A DNA stretch of 63,375 nt, the filler included, from Stramenopiles sp. TOSAG23-6 (Eukaryota), in NCBI GenBank assembly GCA_900128565.1. It is 10 parts of 10 records of this genome, joined end to end, with 100 filler letters (N's around TTAATTAATTAA, not from the genome) between each part and the next. Parts side by side here need not be neighbours in the genome. Positions count along the whole stretch, not along the records: positions 57,550 to 58,931 come from LT639138.1; positions 59,032 to 60,413 come from LT639139.1; positions 60,514 to 61,894 come from LT639140.1; positions 61,995 to 63,375 come from LT639141.1; 6 more parts are not named here. One strand, 5' to 3'. Positions 57,604 to 63,375 of this stretch are shown one piece after another. A program made the position numbers and the translations under genes. Positions within the stretch are counted from its first letter, which is position 1. The number at the start of each line of letters is the position of its first letter. Below the pieces are notes generated by a model, which saw only the letters and a program-made list of their open reading frames with translations, searched no databases and was not told the DNA's origin.

Positions 57604-58639
57604 AAGTCGCTGATCGACAAAGAGAATTTGAGAATAGATCTGATAACTCTTTTATGCAACATTTTACTTCAACATCTGTAAACATAACTACAACTAAAGC
57701 TAGTATTGCCTGGTGTAATTGTATACTCTCCGGGCTACTCTGAAGTTCAGCAAAAGAAAACCCGCATGGAATCCAATAACGAAGACATGACAGAGTCTGT
57801 TTCAGAGCCTTGCGACGAATTTCACCTTGTTTTGCTGTCAGAAGGTATAAAAACATACGCAAAACATCAGATTTATTTGAAGATAATTCTTCGCGCAATT
57901 GTGAAATTTTTTCAGGTGTACAAAAACCGTTGTATACTTTTGAAGATGTCGTTAATTCATCGAGTTCTGTCTGAAGCGCTTCTAAAATTAGTAAAGCAGG
58001 GACAAGATGTATTGTGAAAAAAAAATCGAATTTTTTTTTGTTAGGTACAAAATTTCGTATGAAAAAAAATAAATTTGAAATTCGAAATTGAAAACGTACA
58101 TGGGTGTCTAACACTGACAAACAGTTTCTTACACACTCAGCAACACAGCCACTACCTACTGCAATAGAAACTGACGCATGTGCTAAACAAACACGTTTGC
58201 ATACACCAGGTGCCATTGCTGGAGTATCTCGCACAAGTGTATTGAGAAATTCGCGTACATTGTTCTGACCTGCCACGTCCAACGTATCCCATTGCTTCTG
58301 TACTTTTGAATATAACATATTCGCCGCATAAAATTGAACTTGCATTGATGCTACTGGTTGTTCTTGCTTTAACAATTCATATGACATTAGCCATGCTTGG
58401 GGGCTCCGGGAAAATGCAGACATCCAGTCAATAGCACGCTTATTGCCTTCATACATTGCTTTAAGTGCAATCTCAACTTGTGCCCTAGTATGGCCTTGTC
58501 CAGCATATCTAGGACTTGACACTGGAGAAATGAAGCCATCTCTCGGTGATCGTGGTGATCCTGCTAAAGATCGCGGTGTTCCTGCAGGAGATCCAAAGGA
58601 TAGTGCAGCGGATTCGCCAGTATTGGAATTAATAAACAT
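57604..58639 (-). CDS. Importin-beta family, transportin-3/importin-13-like (3' partial; intron 58007-58099)
   Basis: AIDWMSAFSRSPQAW..QFYAANMLYSKVQKQW (IBN_N). Confidence 0.75.
58007..58099 (-). mobile_element. Introner-like GT-AT intron (93 nt, read-through)
   Basis: GTACGT..core..CAATACAT. Confidence 0.8.
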
Positions 58640-58893
58640 CTTTCTTGCAGAAATGTATCCAATAAATACTACTGTAGTATTACATTTGTTTTTATCTTGA
58701 GTCAAAAACATCATTCAAAAAAATGGAAACTCGGTCGATCATTTTGCTCAATTTGCAATTTAAATGTAAAAAAGACGCTCAGAAATCGCGAACACGTGAA
58801 AAATGAATGGCTGTTGTTCATCGAAAGTCGAACAATCAGAAGCCAATCAGAAGATTCCAGCAGAAATTATTTTATAATAAAACAAAAGTAAAA

Positions 58894-58931
58894 ATGGAAG
58901 AAGATAAAGCAGCTCTCGTTGTCGATAATGG
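58894..58931 (+). CDS. Actin or actin-related protein, N-terminal fragment
   Basis: MEEDKAALVVDNG at the contig end. Confidence 0.7.
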
Positions 58932-59031
58932 NNNNNNNNNNNNNNNNNNNNNNNNNNNNNNNNNNNNNNNNNNNNTTAATTAATTAANNNNNNNNNNNNN
59001 NNNNNNNNNNNNNNNNNNNNNNNNNNNNNNN

Positions 59032-60413
59032 GCAATGCCAATGGCAAGACAAGCTCCATAACGCACATGAGAGCAATAACTAGTACTAAGTACTTTGACG
59101 AGATCTGGAACTAATTCAGGAGAACGAAATAAAACAAAACCAAGACACATAACAGCAGATCGGCGAACATCCTTATTGACATCAGTGACGGCAACGCGTA
59201 ATAAACGTTTAATGGCCGTGTTGTTTGAAGTTCCACAGAAAGCCATGCCAATAGTAAAGCATCCACCATAACGCAAAATGTGATCCTTGTCACGTAACAA
59301 TTGTTCAATAAGAGTGTTCGCTACCTCTTCTTGTGCGTACATTGTTAATGCTAAAGCCATTGCTAAACCACGAATGATTTTCTCATGTTTTGTGTCATGT
59401 GCATGAGTAAGTAATTCTTGTACACCGGCGACAACTAAATTGTCAGAGACTGAATATAAAATATCTTTCAAGTTAGAATAAATTGAAGTAGACCCGGAAG
59501 CCATCGCAGCACACCCAAGGCCAAGACAAGCCCCGTGTAAAACAGTTGGATCTCGTGTATTGTTTTGCGCATTCGTCAAATAGTCAACAATCTTGCCACC
59601 ATCCGTCCATCCTTTATTTGCATGAATTAGACCCAGAGCATAGAGAGCTCCGCCTTCAGAGAAAGGATCTGTAGTTACACTTCCACCACCAACTTGTGGA
59701 AGATATGGCTTTAAAAGTGTCAAGCTTTCACTTAAATGTCCTTTGTGTACAACACCAAGTCCTCCTATTGCAGTGAATTTTGCCCAATCAGTAGCCTTAC
59801 CTAGCCATTCAAGATTATTTCGGAGAAATACATCATGTGTTGTACCACAATTCATAAAAGCATGAGCAGTGATACAAGCATTATGTAATACAGAACTGCG
59901 AGTTCCAATTCCATCTTTCAACTTTTGAAGTAGTAATTGATCAGTTTGGTTGTGGGAACACAAGAAGTCAAGCATAATTCGAGTAGCTGCATTACCATCA
60001 AGAATACTCTTTAGAGTAATTAAACGTTCAGAATAGTCCGAATCCTCAACATCGTCAACAACGTTGGATGATTTTTCAAGCTTTACAGTGTCAACAGTAG
60101 GTACGGCATCAGCATGCATTGTGATAAAATATTTTTTTAGTAAAAAAAATTGTTAGGTACAAAATTTCGTATGAAAAATAAATTTGAAATTCATAATGAA
60201 AACGTACATTTGTCTCAGTTGACGCTGCTACTAATTTGGCTTCCTCTTCCTCTTTTTTCATCTCACTCTTCAGTTTTGGTAACGCTGTATGAACCTCACT
60301 CAAAAACTTTTGGTTTTCGCTTTCTTGTACTCGAAAAGCGACTTGATATGCAATGAGAGATTTGTTTTCTCCAGCTTTCAACAAACGATTAAGATATTCC
60401 GCCACACCAGAGG
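59032..60413 (-). CDS. PSMD1: 26S proteasome subunit RPN2 (internal fragment; intron 60114-60207)
   Basis: FLRNNLEWLGKATDWAKFTA, EGGALYALGLIHAN, HEKIIRGL, DVNKDVRR. Confidence 0.93.
60114..60207 (-). mobile_element. Introner-like GT-AT intron
   Basis: GTACGT..core..CAATGCAT; TETN-ADAV. Confidence 0.8.
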
Positions 60414-60572
60414 NNNNNNNNNNNNNNNNNNNNNNNNNNNNNNNNNNNNNNNNNNNNTTAATTAATTAANNNNNNNNNNNNNNNNNNNNNNNNNNNNNNN
60501 NNNNNNNNNNNNNGTTAGGTACAAAATTTCGTATGAAAAATAAATTCGAAATTGAAAAAAAATAAAACGTAC

Positions 60573-61741
60573 AAGCGCAAGACTATTTGTTTGTTTTTTA
60601 TGTACAATTTGAGTCGTCCAAGATCTCCACGCATGAGATTTTTGACGATGTAAAAGTATACCTATAACACGTTCTATAGAATATACAGCAACATCAATAT
60701 GAGAATTCCAAACATTACCTAATGCATTTCTTCTCAACGCTTCACATGTATTTTTGAAAAATATATATATATTTATATTTTTTTTAGTAAAAATGTTTTT
60801 GCAAGGTATGAAATTTTTTTACGAAAAAAAAAAATAATAGTTTTTTTGAAATCTCTGAAAAAAAAAAATAATAGTTTTTTTGAAATCTCTGAAAACGACG
60901 TACAGGTCCAAGTATTCCAACTTCGAGCGATTCGTACATAAATAAAATGTTGAACAACTTTATCTAATTTTAATATTGCATGTGTTTTGGAAAAATATTT
61001 CACAAAAAATCTAAAAAATTTTGTTAGGTACAAAATTTTTATAAAAAAATAAATTCGATTTTTTTGTAAAAAATAAAAAAAAATAAAATGTACATGATGC
61101 TTATTTTGATTTTGTAAAGACTCATACAACTCCGTATTGAATCCATCAACTCGAAGGCTCTCTAGTTTAGCTTGGTTTAATTTATCATGTATTTTGAAAA
61201 CATATTTGTAAAAGTTTGAACGTTTTGTAAGGTACGAAATTATTTTTGTTAGGTACGAAATTTCGTACGAAAAAACAAATGAAAGTGAAAAAATACATGT
61301 ACATGAGAACCAAACACAAACATATCCCATGCTCGAAATCCTTTTGCTTTTCGTTTGTGCAAAGCATAATCAAGAGTTCGTCCTAGTAGACGAGCNGCAT
61401 GTAGTTTGAAAAAATATTTCAAAAAAAAAATTTAAAATTTGTTAGGTACAAAATTTCGTACGAAACCAAAAAAAAAAAAAAAAATCGATTTTTTTGTTAA
61501 AAATAAAAATAAAACGTACATGCATTTTTGTCATTTTTTCATAGTACAAACTAGCCTTATTTTGGATATCACTAATTTTTTGACGTGTATTTCTATTATT
61601 TTTTTGTAAAATTACCACAATTGATTTTTGATACCATTTTGAAAACCCTTTATGAATTGCTTTGATACGAAATCGATCAATATACTTGTTAAACAATAAC
61701 AATATACTATACAAACCCTGTCGATGGAAGAGGTTGTCGAC
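60573..61741 (-). CDS. Sfi1-like Trp-repeat protein fragment; GT-AT introns 61399-61519, 61187-61302, 60980-61093, 60746-60903
   Basis: Five short exons join in frame; repeats KGFSKW, KGFRAW, RSWNTW, HAWRSW. Confidence 0.6.
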
Positions 61742-61995
61742 ATATATATTGCAAAGAATATTTAAAAATTTTGAAATTTGTTTGTTAGGTATGAATGTAA
61801 ATATTTGTTTTTAACCCTAACCCTAGTTTTTATTAGTTTCAAAAAAAAAAAAAAAAAAAAAAAAATTGAAAAGTTTAAAATTTTTGTTATTTTTNNNNNN
61901 NNNNNNNNNNNNNNNNNNNNNNNNNNNNNNNNNNNNNNTTAATTAATTAANNNNNNNNNNNNNNNNNNNNNNNNNNNNNNNNNNNNNNNNNNNNT

Positions 61996-63337
61996 ATTTG
62001 AATCCATTTCAGGAGATACACTACTCTCATCGCTTTTACCTCTACTGATCTTTCTGCGTGGCTCATGAGGCTTCCAAATATTTGGGACGGGGAGAATTTT
62101 ATTATCACACGATTGACCGTTAGCTAGTTTATACTTCTTTACTTGTCGAAAATCAGTCGAGGAAAAATCCGTTGAAGGATGAAACGTCATCATTAATCGA
62201 AAGACTTCCTCACGAATAGTTTCTGTAGTCATATTTTTCTTTTCAAAGTCAAAACTAAATAAACTATTTGCAACAGGTTCATCTTCAGGGCAATGTAAAT
62301 CTTCAAAGTATTCATGTTTTAAAATCTAATGCCATTTTGTTTGTAGTAGGGTATAATTGTGTAAATGGAATTTTCTCCCGTTTTGGAAGATTTTGCATAA
62401 ATCTTTGAGCCTTTTCATTTTTAATAAAATGCATATCTGATTCTGTTGGTGAACCTAGCTTATCAGATATTAACTGAAGTTGGTGTATATAATCATCACC
62501 TGGGAATAATGGTTTACGACCAATACATTCCGCAAAAATACAACCAACTGACCAAATATCAACAGCACTGGCATACTCTTGACATGAAAGCATAATTTCA
62601 GGTGCACGATACCAACGTGTAACTACATATTCTGTCAAATCCGATGTTTCGTCTATACCACGTGACAAACCAAAATCACAAATCTTCAAATCACAATCAG
62701 AGTTCAACAAAATATTTGAAGGTTTCAAGTCACGATGTAATACTTTAGCTGAATGCATGTACTTAAGACCACGTAATATTTGATATATAAAGTATTGAGT
62801 ATGATCGTTTGTCAATGGTTGGCGTGAATAAATAATACGATGTAAGTCAGTTTCCATCAATGGTGCAACAATGTAAACATCTTTAAATGATTGTAGTGTC
62901 TTTGAACGAGGTTGCTGTATATCTATAATATTCATTAGATTATCATGTTGGAAATGCATAAGTAACTTAATTTCTCTAAGAACGCGTTTTGCGGAAACAA
63001 TATCATCAAATGGATTTGGAATTTTCTTCACGGCAACATTACTTTCACTTTGCTTATCAACACAGGATATTACTATACCATATGCACCATGTCCAATTGA
63101 TTTAATTAGTTCATATCGACCATCAAGGTCAAACTTCGTTCCTAACACTGTAATCACATTTGATGTATCCTTGCTATCACAATGAGTTCGATTATCAGTA
63201 TTAGAATATTCACTTGAAAAATCTCTTTTTGTGACAGATTCATTCACCTGTTTCATTGGGGTAATATTTTTTTTCCCTGAGCTACTTATTTCCATCTGAC
63301 TCATTGGGGTAGACATACCGCTACCAAGACTATCCAT
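61996..63337 (-). CDS. MAP kinase, TEY type (frameshift near 62325; partial)
   Basis: GHGAYG, HRDLKPSN, DFGLSR, TEYVVTRWYRAPE; tail LKHEYFEDLHCPEDEPVA in another frame. Confidence 0.9.
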
Positions 63338-63375
63338 AGATTCTCCAAGTCTAAACCACTCTCTTTCCTTTGTTG

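Overview
AT-rich eukaryotic DNA from a flagellated protist: it encodes axonemal dynein IC2 and CEP135/BLD10 and carries TTAGGG-like repeats. The window is about 10 contigs joined by N-TTAATTAATTAA-N spacers, so neighbours across spacers are not real synteny. It holds about 29 whole or partial protein genes, mostly ordinary housekeeping or ciliary genes. The main signal is a family of about 40 related AT-rich insertions of roughly 90-165 nt, always sense to the host gene. Their structure is GTAYRTTTT ... hairpin RTACGAAATTTYGTAC + CCTAAC ... AATACAT. At 26 loci, removing them as GT-AT introns (two as AT-AT) restores the frame, and several joins rebuild conserved motifs (CobW RMKG, DNAI2 MTVGDW, EEP SDHF, J-domain HPD, PH WLSA). 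They coexist with three ordinary GT-AG introns. This looks like an introner-type burst using a non-canonical AT acceptor. Secondary signals are two paralogous ADP-ribosyltransferase-like domains in apparently secreted proteins, prokaryote/phage-like modules in surface proteins, many intragenic telomere-like repeats and recurrent short deletions. All calls are from reading the sequence; no searches were run.
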